The position numbers and the translations under genes are program-made. Positions 1 to 10,171 of a stretch of 64,000 bases of DNA are shown here, piece by piece; within the stretch, counting starts at the first letter, position 1; each line of letters begins with the position of its first letter. This DNA is from Gammaproteobacteria bacterium. Lineage in GTDB: Bacteria; Pseudomonadota; Gammaproteobacteria; GCA-002705445; GCA-002716945. The stretch lies in contig JAURQW010000010.1 in NCBI GenBank assembly GCA_030835925.1, forward strand, positions 17,867-81,866. Reading direction: 5' to 3'. The notes under the pieces are model-generated. The model was not told where the DNA came from. It saw nothing but the letters and a program-made list of their open reading frames with translations, and searched no databases.

Positions 1-486
1 GGATGGATTAATTCCAGTTATTTTTGAGGCTTCAAGCAATCCTTCTGGGCTTGGTTTTGGTTCGCTCACCATATCGCCCGTTATAAGGCATGCCACCTTA
101 TCATCTATCAATAATCCTTTTAGTATTTTGTTGACATACTTTGAGTGTTTATTTGTTACAATCCCCCAAGAAATTTGAATTTTGTTCATATGATCAATTA
201 ATTTCTTCATGTCATCTATCATTTTAGTATGGACAAAGCACTTATTAGAATATTCTTGAAGAAATTCTGCTCTTAACAAAGATGAATCAATAGATCTTTC
301 ATTTACATGTGAAGCATATTCAATAACACCAACAGCACCTCTTGAAATATGAGTTTTTAATTCAAGACAATCAACAGATTTAAATCTATTACGTGACAGT
401 ACGACATTTAATGCATTGCACATATCTTTTGATGTATCTGCAAGCGTTCCATCTAAATCAAAAAGCACACAATTAATATTATTCAT
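1..486 (-). CDS. HAD-superfamily phosphatase (phosphoglycolate phosphatase-like); C-terminus lies outside the window
   Basis: Not in the ORF track because it runs off the window edge. My minus-strand translation from the ATG at 486 gives MNNINCVLFDLDGTLADTSKDM...GIVTNKHSKY...GDMVSEPKPSPEGLL. It has the HAD motif I (DxDGT). Its ATG overlaps the ubiG stop (ATGA). ubiG followed by a HAD hydrolase is the Pseudomonas arrangement. Confidence 0.7.
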   Translation of the reverse strand, partial: MNNINCVLFDLDGTLADTSKDMCNALNVVLSRNRFKSVDCLELKTHISRGAVGVIEYASHVNERSIDSSLLRAEFLQEYSNKCFVHTKMIDDMKKLIDHMNKIQISWGIVTNKHSKYVNKILKGLLIDDKVACLITGDMVSEPKPSPEGLLEASKITGINPS

Positions 487-1175
487 TTTTTCGTAGATGT
501 CATAAAATAGTTAATTTTCGTCATTGAGGAGAAGCTGAAACTATAATCAATTGGGTTTAGTTTAACACCTCTAATATCATCAATATCAAGACTGGCAAGT
601 TCTAACATTTTTGCTAATTCAGATGGTTTTATAAATTTTTTATATTGATGCGTACCTTCCGGAACAATATTAAGTATATATTCAGCCATTATTTTAGCAA
701 AAGCAAATGATACTATATTTCTATTTATTGTTGACAAGAATACTTTTCCACCTTGTTTGCATATAGATGAAATATCTTGTATTAACTTTAATTGATCAGG
801 AACATGTTCTATTAACTCAAAACAAACTATAGCATCATATTTATGATCAATCTTTTTAATATGATCTTCTAAACTTATGTTTAAGTAATTAATATTATGG
901 TTTTTTTCTTTTGCATGACTCTTGGCTATTTGAATAGTCTTTTTAGAAGCATCAAGACCTGTAACTTTTGCCCCCTTGTCTGTTAGTTCTTCTGCTAATA
1001 TCCCGCCACCACAGCCAATATCAAGTATATTAGAATTTTTAATATTTATATGTTGTTGTATATAGTCAAGTCTTAGAGGAGTTAAGTTGTGTATTAATTT
1101 ATATGGGCCGCGTTTATTCCACCATTCATGAGCAAATGAATCAAAATTATTAATCTCTTTTTCATCAATATTCAT
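483..1175 (-). CDS. ubiG: Ubiquinone biosynthesis O-methyltransferase UbiG
   Basis: 230 aa. N-terminal FAHEWWN..GPYKLIHNLTPLRLDYI and SAM-binding motif ILDIGCGGGILAEEL are typical of UbiG. Confidence 0.85.
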   Translation of the reverse strand: MNIDEKEINNFDSFAHEWWNKRGPYKLIHNLTPLRLDYIQQHINIKNSNILDIGCGGGILAEELTDKGAKVTGLDASKKTIQIAKSHAKEKNHNINYLNISLEDHIKKIDHKYDAIVCFELIEHVPDQLKLIQDISSICKQGGKVFLSTINRNIVSFAFAKIMAEYILNIVPEGTHQYKKFIKPSELAKMLELASLDIDDIRGVKLNPIDYSFSFSSMTKINYFMTSTKK

Positions 1176-2458
1176 TTCAACACCTGGTTTTTAATTGATA
1201 TAAATCTATCATATATCTTTTCTTCAATGATAGTCATTAATTTTTTGTTTTTCATTATGTATCTACCAGACATCCAAACATTATCAATATCATTAGATTT
1301 TAATTTCCTTTCTATACCATCAAATGAAGGTCGACCTCTTTTTAACAGTTCATTTATATTGACTGATATAATATCTGCTAAATATCCTTTAGATAACAAT
1401 CCCACACGATTTTCTAGTCCTATAGCTTTGGCGGAATTTATTGTTATAAAATTGAGTAAATCTTTTGTTTTAATCTCTTCTTTTGATACATTTGATAATA
1501 GTGATAGGATTGAGATTTCCTCAAGCATATCTGGTGATGAATCATCAATCACTGAGCCCGATGACATTGTAATATTTATTTTATTATCGAGAATATTTTT
1601 AATATTAATATTTTTTGATGAAATTTTTGTATATTTGTCAATGTCTAGGTTTACTCTATACTTTCTTAATATCTTAATATCTTCCTCATTAAGATTTATT
1701 GTCTCTAATAAAGTAAATTTATTGTTCAAAATTTCCATTTTTTCTAAATATTCAATAGGTCTGCAATTATAATTCCCAATAGAATATTTAATTTCTGCTT
1801 CTGAGTTACGAACACTCATCTTAACTGGAATATCTAGTTCATTTGATATCTTTGATATTTTATGAAGTATCTCTTTAGATATATCTTTTATTGATTTGGG
1901 ATTAAAGAAAAACTGTATGTCTGGATCACCATTATAATCATCAAAAACTCTTAGGGATTTATCTAAACATTGATTTTCATCATCCGCCCATTTACTTTTT
2001 GTATTTTGAATGCCTAATCCTATGGTACATCTAACATTTGTTTTCTTCGCTTGGTCAATCATCGACTCTGGAAATGCGCCGCTATCACACAGTGTTGTTA
2101 TCCCTTTTTTAATCATTTCAAGAATGCTAATCTTTGATGACACATCTCTATGACATTCATCAAGTGGGTCATTTTTATAATCAGTATATAAATTATTCTT
2201 TATCTTTTTTTTAATGCTATTTTGATTATGCCTCCATAATATTGATGAGTCGTTATAACTATTGATTAGTCCTGGTAGAATTATATGTTGCTGTAATAAT
2301 ATTTTATCATCTGTTGAATATCTTTTTGCGACTTGTGATGATGGCATGATGTCTTGAATTGTATTTCCATCGACAACAATTGAGTGATCCTCTAATAATG
2401 AGTTATTTTTATCATCAAGCATCCATTTAGTGCTTATAATTTTGTCTACATGATTCAT
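1172..2458 (-). CDS. Amidohydrolase-fold protein (MtaD / TRZ-ATZ family-like) with degenerate metal-binding motifs
   Basis: 428 aa. It has family-like N-terminal (ILPGLIN) and C-terminal (GYLADIISVN, VWMSGRYI) segments and sits where mtaD lies next to ubiG in Pseudomonas. The expected HxH after PGLIN reads SYN instead. Confidence 0.55.
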   Translation of the reverse strand: MNHVDKIISTKWMLDDKNNSLLEDHSIVVDGNTIQDIMPSSQVAKRYSTDDKILLQQHIILPGLINSYNDSSILWRHNQNSIKKKIKNNLYTDYKNDPLDECHRDVSSKISILEMIKKGITTLCDSGAFPESMIDQAKKTNVRCTIGLGIQNTKSKWADDENQCLDKSLRVFDDYNGDPDIQFFFNPKSIKDISKEILHKISKISNELDIPVKMSVRNSEAEIKYSIGNYNCRPIEYLEKMEILNNKFTLLETINLNEEDIKILRKYRVNLDIDKYTKISSKNINIKNILDNKINITMSSGSVIDDSSPDMLEEISILSLLSNVSKEEIKTKDLLNFITINSAKAIGLENRVGLLSKGYLADIISVNINELLKRGRPSFDGIERKLKSNDIDNVWMSGRYIMKNKKLMTIIEEKIYDRFISIKNQVLK

Positions 2459-2624
2459 AGTAAATATTATACTTAAATTATTTAAATTTTTCCTGTGATT
2501 TAGTGAAGATAGCCATTAAATCCAATATCATGCCTTATTTGGATAATTATAAATTATGTCGTGTATATGACTGGTTTATGATAAAATACTAATTTAATAT
2601 CCTATAAAGGAACTTCATCATTAT

Positions 2625-5162
2625 ATGGCAGAAAATCAAGAAATAAGATTCGAACAAGAAATGAGGCAATCATATCTAGATTATGCCATGAGTGTCATCG
2701 TAGGCAGGGCATTGCCGGATGTTAGAGATGGACTAAAACCAGTTCATAGAAGAGTATTATTTTCCATGCATGAATTAAATAATGGATGGAATAAAACATA
2801 TAAAAAATCCGCTAGGATAGTTGGGGATGTGATTGGTAAATATCACCCACATGGAGATTCAGCAGTATATGATACGATTGTCAGATTAGCCCAACCATTT
2901 TCCATGAGACACCCATTGGTAGATGGCCAAGGTAATTTTGGTTCAGTTGATGGTGACTCACCCGCCGCAATGAGATATACGGAAGTAAGAATGTCAAAAA
3001 TATCTCAAGAGCTATTGCAAGATATTGATAAAAGAACAGTTGATTTTTCACCAAACTATGATGGATCTGAAAAAGAGCCATCAGTTCTACCAACAAGGGT
3101 TCCGAATTTATTAGTAAATGGTTCAACTGGTATAGCGGTAGGGATGGCCACCAACATACCGCCGCATAATTTGGTTGAAGTTATAGATGCAACAATCGCA
3201 ATAATAGATGATCCGTCATTGTCCAAAAAAGACAAGATTGATGAATTAATTCAGAAAAGCAATATTCAGGGTCCAGATTTTCCTACATATGGAGAAATTA
3301 AAGATAACGGTGGCATTAGAGATGCACTCTTAAACGGAAGAGGTTCTTTTAAAATCAGAGCAAAACATATTGTTGAAAAAAAGGATAATGATAAAACATC
3401 AATCGTCTTTACCGAGTTACCATATCAGGTTAACAAAGCGAGATTAATTGAGAATATTGCTCAATTGGTCCGGGACAAAAAGATCAATGAGATCAGTCAG
3501 TTAAGGGATGAGTCTGATAAAGATGGTATGAGGCTTGTTGTCGAAATAAAAAGAGGTGAGCAACATGAAGTTGTATTAGGTTCTTTGTATAAGCATACAA
3601 ATGCTCAAATATCATATTCTGTGAATATGGTATGCCTTGTTGACGGTGAACCAAAAACTCTTGGTTTCATGGAAATCTTAAATGAATTTATTAAACATAG
3701 GCGCGAGGTTATCACAAGAAGAACTTTATATGATCTTGAAAAAGCTAAAAATAAAGCTCATATATTAGAAGGCCTAGGTATTGCTTTGTTGAATGTAGAC
3801 GATATTATCGCTCTTATAAAGAAATCCAAGAACACCATTGAAGCAAAGAGTTCATTAATATCTAAAGGTTGGAAACCAGGACAGTTAATTAAATTCCTTG
3901 GCATTGTCGATAAACAAACAGAAAACTTTATACCAAGCGATACCGAGTATGGATTAAATGGCAAAACATACAAATTGTCTGCCACTCAAGCTCAAGCTAT
4001 TTTAGATCTAAAGCTACAGAAACTAACTAATTTGGAGCAAGAAAAAATATTCTCTGATTATGAAATGACGATAACAGAAATAAAAAGATATATTAAAATT
4101 CTTACTCATACTGATGAGTTGGATGCAGTCATGAAGTTAGAACTTAATGATGTAAAAAAAGAATATGGCGAACCCAGGAGATCACTTGTATCTCAAGATG
4201 AAGGTGAGTTAAGAAAAGAAGATTTAATTAAAAAAGAAGAAGTCATTGTTGTTTTAACTAAGGCTGATTACGTTAAAAGACTGCCAGCTACTGATTTTAA
4301 AAGTCAACGGAGAGGTGGCCGAGGCATTAATGCAACAAAGTTTAAGGATGGTGATGAAGCCAAGCTTTTATGCCAAGCGCATACACATGATATAATTTTA
4401 TGTTTTTCTACACTAGGAAAAGTTTATGCTATTAGAGCCTTTGATATTCCTGATCCAAGTAGACAAGCGAGAGGGAGACCAATTAATAATGTTTTACCAT
4501 TGGAGACCAATGAATCAATTAGTACTTTTGTTGTAGTTAACTCATTTGAAGAGGATGCTTATTTATTTTTGTCGACTAAAAATGGCATGATAAATAAAAT
4601 CCCTATAAATCTCTTCAAAAAAATTAGGGCTACAGGATTAAAAGCTATACTTCTTAAATCAGGAGATGAGCTACTTGGTGCCCACTATACTGTTAAAGAT
4701 GAACATATCATGTTAGTAGCTCAAAACGGTAAAGCCATTAAATTTTTAGAGAGTGATGTTAGAGAAAGATTTAGAGGAACATTAGGAGTTAAAGGAATAA
4801 ACCTTTCAGGCAAAACTAAGTTGATTTCTATTCTTAAACCTATAGATGGTGAAATTATAACAGTGACAGAAAATGGTTATGGTAACAGAGTATCTGTTGA
4901 GAATTATAATATACAAAAAAGAGGAGGCGTTGGAGTTATTGGTATCAAAACCAGTAAACGAAATGGACAAGTTGTAGGCGCTGTAAATGTAAATCAAAAT
5001 GACCAAATAATTATGATTACAAACAAAGGTAAAACAATTAAAATAGCAGTAAGTGATATGCCTATAATCGGTAGAAATACACAAGGCGTGAGGCTTCAGG
5101 TACTTCAAGATGATGAAAAACTTGTAGCTATTTCAACAGAAACTATTGTTAATGATGAATGA
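2625..5162 (+). CDS. gyrA: DNA gyrase subunit A
   Basis: 845 aa. [28 protein letters not shown] and the QRDR-like [14 protein letters not shown] are unmistakable GyrA motifs. Confidence 0.97.
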   Translation: MAENQEIRFEQEMRQSYLDYAMSVIVGRALPDVRDGLKPVHRRVLFSMHELNNGWNKTYKKSARIVGDVIGKYHPHGDSAVYDTIVRLAQPFSMRHPLVDGQGNFGSVDGDSPAAMRYTEVRMSKISQELLQDIDKRTVDFSPNYDGSEKEPSVLPTRVPNLLVNGSTGIAVGMATNIPPHNLVEVIDATIAIIDDPSLSKKDKIDELIQKSNIQGPDFPTYGEIKDNGGIRDALLNGRGSFKIRAKHIVEKKDNDKTSIVFTELPYQVNKARLIENIAQLVRDKKINEISQLRDESDKDGMRLVVEIKRGEQHEVVLGSLYKHTNAQISYSVNMVCLVDGEPKTLGFMEILNEFIKHRREVITRRTLYDLEKAKNKAHILEGLGIALLNVDDIIALIKKSKNTIEAKSSLISKGWKPGQLIKFLGIVDKQTENFIPSDTEYGLNGKTYKLSATQAQAILDLKLQKLTNLEQEKIFSDYEMTITEIKRYIKILTHTDELDAVMKLELNDVKKEYGEPRRSLVSQDEGELRKEDLIKKEEVIVVLTKADYVKRLPATDFKSQRRGGRGINATKFKDGDEAKLLCQAHTHDIILCFSTLGKVYAIRAFDIPDPSRQARGRPINNVLPLETNESISTFVVVNSFEEDAYLFLSTKNGMINKIPINLFKKIRATGLKAILLKSGDELLGAHYTVKDEHIMLVAQNGKAIKFLESDVRERFRGTLGVKGINLSGKTKLISILKPIDGEIITVTENGYGNRVSVENYNIQKRGGVGVIGIKTSKRNGQVVGAVNVNQNDQIIMITNKGKTIKIAVSDMPIIGRNTQGVRLQVLQDDEKLVAISTETIVNDE

Positions 5163-6225
5163 TTTAAGCAAAATTAGAGCCGTAATAGATAAACTTGATA
5201 AGCAAATCATAAAAAATCTCAATGAAAGAGGCAAGCTTGCTCAAAAAATTAAAAAAGCGAAGTCATTGTTGAATAACAATAATATTTTCCGTCCCGAGCG
5301 AGAAGCTCAAATACTCAGAAGTTTAGAAAAATCTAATGACGGTCCATTAACAAATGAAAATTTACGTTCAATATTTCGTGAAATTATATCTTCATGTCTT
5401 TCATTAGAAAAAAAACTCAAGATTAGTTGTTTAGGCCCAGAGCAATCATATAGTAATATTGCCCTTGCAAAATTTTTTGGTTCATCAGTAGATATAAATT
5501 TTTATGACTCTATAAATTCTATATTTGATGATGTTAATACTGGGAACATGGATTTTGGTATTGTTCCTATTGAAAACTCTAATCAGGGTAGCATTAAAAT
5601 TACTATAGACCGGCTGATTAAAGAAGATATAAAAATTTGTGGTGAAATTAACCTTACGATCAAACATTGCCTTTTGTCTCACTCTAAAAACCTGAGCAAC
5701 ATTAAAAAAATATATGCTCATGAACAAACATTTCTTCAATGTAATGATTGGTTAACTAAAAATATGCCTGCTGCTCAAAGAATATTTTGTTCTAGTAATT
5801 CTGCAGCTGCAAAAAAGATTAAGAAAGTTAAAAATATTGCCGCTATAGCAAGTAAAAACTGTTCTACTTACTATAAGATTCCTATTTTAAAAAATAATAT
5901 TCATGATATTGCTGATAACACAACTAGATTCATAGTAATAGGTAACCATGATATTGATATAAGTGGAGTTGATAAAACATCAATTCTTGTATCAGTTCAA
6001 AATAAAGCGGGAGCACTCAAGAATTTGCTTGAGTCGTTATCTACCAATAGAATTAGTATGAGTAAAATCGAATCAATACCAACAAAAATTAATAACTGGG
6101 AGTACATGTTTTTGCTAGATATTGATGGACATACTAACAGTAAAAATGTTTCATCTGCGCTTAAAGATATCAAAAAAAAGAGTACTTTCTATAAATTTTT
6201 GGGTTCATATCCAAAAAGTATTTAA
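5152..6225 (+). CDS. pheA: Bifunctional chorismate mutase / prephenate dehydratase (P-protein)
   Basis: N-terminal chorismate mutase helix region ([13 protein letters not shown]...[12 protein letters not shown]), PDT domain ([14 protein letters not shown]...[13 protein letters not shown]) and C-terminal ACT-like region. The track ORF opens at TTG 5146; I prefer ATG 5152. It overlaps the gyrA stop. Confidence 0.88.
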   Translation: MMNDLSKIRAVIDKLDKQIIKNLNERGKLAQKIKKAKSLLNNNNIFRPEREAQILRSLEKSNDGPLTNENLRSIFREIISSCLSLEKKLKISCLGPEQSYSNIALAKFFGSSVDINFYDSINSIFDDVNTGNMDFGIVPIENSNQGSIKITIDRLIKEDIKICGEINLTIKHCLLSHSKNLSNIKKIYAHEQTFLQCNDWLTKNMPAAQRIFCSSNSAAAKKIKKVKNIAAIASKNCSTYYKIPILKNNIHDIADNTTRFIVIGNHDIDISGVDKTSILVSVQNKAGALKNLLESLSTNRISMSKIESIPTKINNWEYMFLLDIDGHTNSKNVSSALKDIKKKSTFYKFLGSYPKSI

Positions 6226-6234
6226 GTTAAAATT

Positions 6235-7332
6235 ATGAAAACAACAACTTATCAGCCGGGTAAAAATATTGACGATATTAGAAAAAAATATAATATCAAA
6301 AGAGTTATAAAACTTGCATCAAATGAGAATCCTTCTGGCCCTAGCATAAAAGCTATTAATGCTGGTGTTAAAATACAAAAAAAAATTAATCGTTATCCAG
6401 ATAGTCATTCTGTTAAGTTAAAGCATGCTATTAATAGTTTTCTTTCAAAACCATTTATAAAATCTAATAATATTATTATAGGAAATGGCTCAAATGAAAT
6501 CCTTGAATTTGTTGCAAGACGTTTTTTGAATGAGAAATCTGAAGTATTGTTTTGTAAACATTCATTCTTGGTTTATAAAATTATCTCTAAGAATATGAAT
6601 GCTAAAATCATTGAATCAAAACCTGTTAATGAGCCTGGTTCAAATTATCTATCTATAGATCTACAGGATATGAGCAAACGTATTACCAGCAAAACTAAAG
6701 TTATATTTATAGCAAATCCTAGTAATCCGACCGGGACAATCTTAAAAGTAAAAGAAATAGATGGTTTTATTAAAAGAATTTCTAAAAAAATAATTGTTGT
6801 AATAGACGAGGCATATTATGAGTATGCACTTTTCAGAGGTTTTAAAAGCGCAATCAATTTACTAAAAAAATACCCTAATGTAGTTATAACTAGATCCTTT
6901 TCTAAAATACATGCTCTAGCTGGCCTCAGAATTGGTTATGGTATTGCATCAGACTCTATTGCTAAAGACTTTAATAATTATAGGCAGCCATTCAATATTA
7001 ACTATATTGCTCAGGAAATGGCAACAGTATCATTAAGCGACAAATCTTTTGTTAATAAAAGTTTAAAAGAGAATCATGAAGGAATGATTTACTTGAAGTC
7101 ATGCTTCGATGATTTGGGTATATCATATCTTGACAGTTATACAAATTTCTTAACTATAAACTTGGGCAAATACACTAAGAGAATATATAATGCGCTTTTA
7201 TGTCAGGGTATCATTCTCAGACCTTTAGATAACTATGAGTTGCCAAATTATCTCAGAATAACCATAGGAACGGAAAAAGAGAATAAACTATTAATCAGCA
7301 AACTAAAAAAGATTCTAAAATCAGTGAAATAA
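6235..7332 (+). CDS. hisC: Histidinol-phosphate aminotransferase
   Basis: 365 aa class II aminotransferase. Motifs IKLASNENPSGPS, NPSNPTGT and SFSKIHALAGLRIGY (PLP lysine). pheA-hisC-tyrA-aroA synteny. Confidence 0.85.
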   Translation: MKTTTYQPGKNIDDIRKKYNIKRVIKLASNENPSGPSIKAINAGVKIQKKINRYPDSHSVKLKHAINSFLSKPFIKSNNIIIGNGSNEILEFVARRFLNEKSEVLFCKHSFLVYKIISKNMNAKIIESKPVNEPGSNYLSIDLQDMSKRITSKTKVIFIANPSNPTGTILKVKEIDGFIKRISKKIIVVIDEAYYEYALFRGFKSAINLLKKYPNVVITRSFSKIHALAGLRIGYGIASDSIAKDFNNYRQPFNINYIAQEMATVSLSDKSFVNKSLKENHEGMIYLKSCFDDLGISYLDSYTNFLTINLGKYTKRIYNALLCQGIILRPLDNYELPNYLRITIGTEKENKLLISKLKKILKSVK

Positions 7333-7335
7333 TTT

Positions 7336-8187
7336 ATGTTTAAATCAGTATATTTTTATGGGCTTGGCATGATGGGTGGATCCCTAGCAGTAGCAGTGAA
7401 AAAATCAAAAATTACTCAGAAAATATATGCTTATGATATTAGTAAGTCTGATCTTAGTTTTGCGAAAAAAAATAAAATCATTGATAACTATGATCAAGAT
7501 GATTTCAAATATCTATCTAATGCAGATTTAATAATTATTTGTGCTCCTATAGGTGCTTATAAAAAAATCTTTAGTAATATAAAAAAATATAAAAAACCTG
7601 ACGCCATCATAACTGATATTGGGAGTACTAAAACAGAAATTTCTAATATCTATGAAAGTATTTTTACCAAGAATTCAAACTGTTTTATAGGCTCGCATCC
7701 TTTGACAGGCAAAGAAAATTCAACAGTAAAAAACTCAGATGCATCCCTTTTTAGTGACGCGGTTGTCTTATTAACGCCAGTTTCTGATGATACTGGTCTA
7801 ATTAAAAGTATTGGTGAATTTTGGTGTAAACTGGCTTGTAAAATTTTTGTATTAAATGCAAAACAGCACGATCTTGTTCTCTCAGAAACAAGTCATTTGC
7901 CGCATATGGTATCTTTTGCTCTAGTAAACATAATCTTAAACACTAAATCAATAGAGAAAATAGGAGATTTTACGGGTGGAGGTTTTCGTGACTTTGCAAG
8001 GCTAGCTCATAGTGATTCTACTATGTGGCAAGATATATGTCTGTCAAATAGCAAAAACATAGTGAAATCAATCAATCAACTTAAAAAAGAATTAGACCTG
8101 ATTAAATCACTTATTAACAAAAAAGACAAAAAGCTATTCAAATATTTCCAGAATATTAAATTGAAGTTAGAAATCAATGACAAATAA
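7336..8187 (+). CDS. tyrA: Prephenate dehydrogenase
   Basis: 283 aa. Rossmann GLGMMGGSLA, GSHPLTG and SHLPH motifs; sits between hisC and aroA. Confidence 0.8.
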   Translation: MFKSVYFYGLGMMGGSLAVAVKKSKITQKIYAYDISKSDLSFAKKNKIIDNYDQDDFKYLSNADLIIICAPIGAYKKIFSNIKKYKKPDAIITDIGSTKTEISNIYESIFTKNSNCFIGSHPLTGKENSTVKNSDASLFSDAVVLLTPVSDDTGLIKSIGEFWCKLACKIFVLNAKQHDLVLSETSHLPHMVSFALVNIILNTKSIEKIGDFTGGGFRDFARLAHSDSTMWQDICLSNSKNIVKSINQLKKELDLIKSLINKKDKKLFKYFQNIKLKLEINDK

Positions 8188-9478
8188 TTCAAGCCTAATT
8201 ATCAATCATTCAAGTCATCTTGTAGGTGAAATTAATATTCCTGGAGATAAATCTATTACCCATAGAGCTATAATCCTTGGCTCTATATCAAATGGTAGGA
8301 CCATAATCACTAATTCTCTATTATCTGAAGATTGCAAAAGGACAATTAATGCATTTAAAATGCTTGGTGTAGAAATAGAAATTCAAGACAAAATCGTCAT
8401 AGTAAATGGCAAAGGCTTGAATTCCCTAAAATTGCCCTCTAGCACTATTGATGCAGGTAATTCAGGTACGCTTGCCAGATTAATATCTGGAATCCTAGCT
8501 GCTCAAGAATTTAGTTCAGTAATAACAGGAGATGAGTCGCTTGTAAAAAGACCAATGCGTCGTATTATTGAGCCCCTAGAAAAAGCTGGAGCAGTGATCT
8601 CATCAGAAAATGGTCAGCTACCTATTTCGTTTGATAGACCTCTTTGCAAGCCTATAGAATTCACATCGCTAATACCAAGTGCTCAAATAAAATCTTGTCT
8701 GATACTGGCATCATTATTCATAAAGGGTAGATCTGAAATTGATGAATCTGTTAAGACAAGAGACCATACAGAACGAATGCTGCAATACCTTGACTATCCA
8801 TTATCAATTGATAATACAAAAATAGTCATCGAAGGGAATACTACCGTCATAGCCAAAAATATTTCTGTTCCATCTGATATTTCATCTGCAGCATTTCTAA
8901 TAGTTGCATCTCTGATAAAAAATAAATCAAACATTAGCTTAAGATCCATAGGAGTAAATCCATTAAGAACAGGGATAATTGATGTTCTAATTAAGATGGG
9001 AGCTGATATTAAATTAGTTAATCTTAGAAGTGTTTGTAATGAGCCCATTGCAGATATCCATGTAAAATCATCAAAATTAAAACCAATTAAATTAGCTGGA
9101 GATATTATATCTAGGTTAATAGATGAATTACCAATATTATTCATCGCATGCGCTTGTTGTGATGGCGTATCTGTTATTGAAGATATAGGTGAATTAAGAC
9201 ATAAAGAGAGTGATAGAATTAAATCTATGGAAGAGGGTTTAATGAATTTAGGAATAGATGTCAAAACAACACAAAATTCTATTGAGATTACTGGTGGTGT
9301 TTTCAGAGGAGGAATAGTAAATAGCTATGGTGACCACAGAGTTGCCATGTCATTCATCATTTCAGGTTTTGTCTCTCAGAAACCCGTCACTGTAACTGAT
9401 ACTGAAAATATTAATACCTCTTTTCCAAACTTTATAGATATACTTAAAGAAAACAATAATGAGATTTATCATGTATGA
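8177..9478 (+). CDS. aroA: 3-phosphoshikimate 1-carboxyvinyltransferase (EPSP synthase)
   Basis: 433 aa. PGDKSITHRA, AGNSGTLARL, LRHKESDRI and GDHRVAMSF are canonical AroA motifs. Confidence 0.93.
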   Translation: MTNNSSLIINHSSHLVGEINIPGDKSITHRAIILGSISNGRTIITNSLLSEDCKRTINAFKMLGVEIEIQDKIVIVNGKGLNSLKLPSSTIDAGNSGTLARLISGILAAQEFSSVITGDESLVKRPMRRIIEPLEKAGAVISSENGQLPISFDRPLCKPIEFTSLIPSAQIKSCLILASLFIKGRSEIDESVKTRDHTERMLQYLDYPLSIDNTKIVIEGNTTVIAKNISVPSDISSAAFLIVASLIKNKSNISLRSIGVNPLRTGIIDVLIKMGADIKLVNLRSVCNEPIADIHVKSSKLKPIKLAGDIISRLIDELPILFIACACCDGVSVIEDIGELRHKESDRIKSMEEGLMNLGIDVKTTQNSIEITGGVFRGGIVNSYGDHRVAMSFIISGFVSQKPVTVTDTENINTSFPNFIDILKENNNEIYHV

Positions 9479-10149
9479 ATAATATGATTCCTGTTATTAC
9501 AATAGATGGTTTGGCAAGTTCTGGGAAAAGTACTGTCTCAAAAAAACTCTCTAAAGAACTGGGTTTCTATATATTAGATAGCGGCATACTATATAGAACT
9601 TTTGCATATCTAAAGAGGATAGGTGAAATAGAATTATTTAATCAGGACAATATTAGTAAATTGATAAGAAATATTTATTTAGAACCTACCAAAAACCTAA
9701 GTTTTAATGTTTTATTTAAAGACACTAACATCACAAAACATTTGCATTTTGAAGACATCGGACACCTAGCTTCAGTAGTCTCAAAAGATGAGTTATTGAG
9801 AAATGCACTCCTTCCACTACAACATGATTGCATAAAGAAACCAGGACTAATAGCAAATGGACGAGACATGGGAACAAAAGTTTTTCCAAATTCTATACTA
9901 AAATTATATTTTACTGCTGATATAGAAGTGCGAGCAAAACGTAGATATGATCAATTAATCAAAAATGGATCAGACCCAAAATTTGAGGATATTAGGAAAT
10001 CTCTTCAAGATAGAGATGAAAAAGATATTAATAGAGCTATTTCTCCGTTAAAAGCAGCAAAAGACGCAGTTATTATTGATTCTACTGAATTAAATGTGGA
10101 GTCAATCCTTGATAAAATCCTTGAATTGTATAAGATAACAGGAACTTGA
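9475..10149 (+). CDS. cmk: Cytidylate kinase
   Basis: 224 aa. P-loop IDGLASSGKST and GRDMGT motif; ATGA overlap with aroA; aroA-cmk-rpsA synteny. Confidence 0.9.
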   Translation: MNNMIPVITIDGLASSGKSTVSKKLSKELGFYILDSGILYRTFAYLKRIGEIELFNQDNISKLIRNIYLEPTKNLSFNVLFKDTNITKHLHFEDIGHLASVVSKDELLRNALLPLQHDCIKKPGLIANGRDMGTKVFPNSILKLYFTADIEVRAKRRYDQLIKNGSDPKFEDIRKSLQDRDEKDINRAISPLKAAKDAVIIDSTELNVESILDKILELYKITGT

Positions 10150-10171
10150 ATTATAAGAGGATATTATATTA

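Noticed and set aside
1227-1772. Long antisense ORFs in the track. Examples: 1227-1772, 8794-9264, 25965-26456, 40670-41107, 61284-61625, 39725-40099, 48139-48648, and the 60-100 aa ORFs inside gyrA, hscA, secD and the helicase gene.
   Set aside because: Each lies entirely within, and opposite to or out of frame with, a gene that has unambiguous family motifs. Their products are I/L/F/S-rich low-complexity strings, as expected from stop-poor antisense frames in AT-rich coding DNA. None has a recognisable motif.
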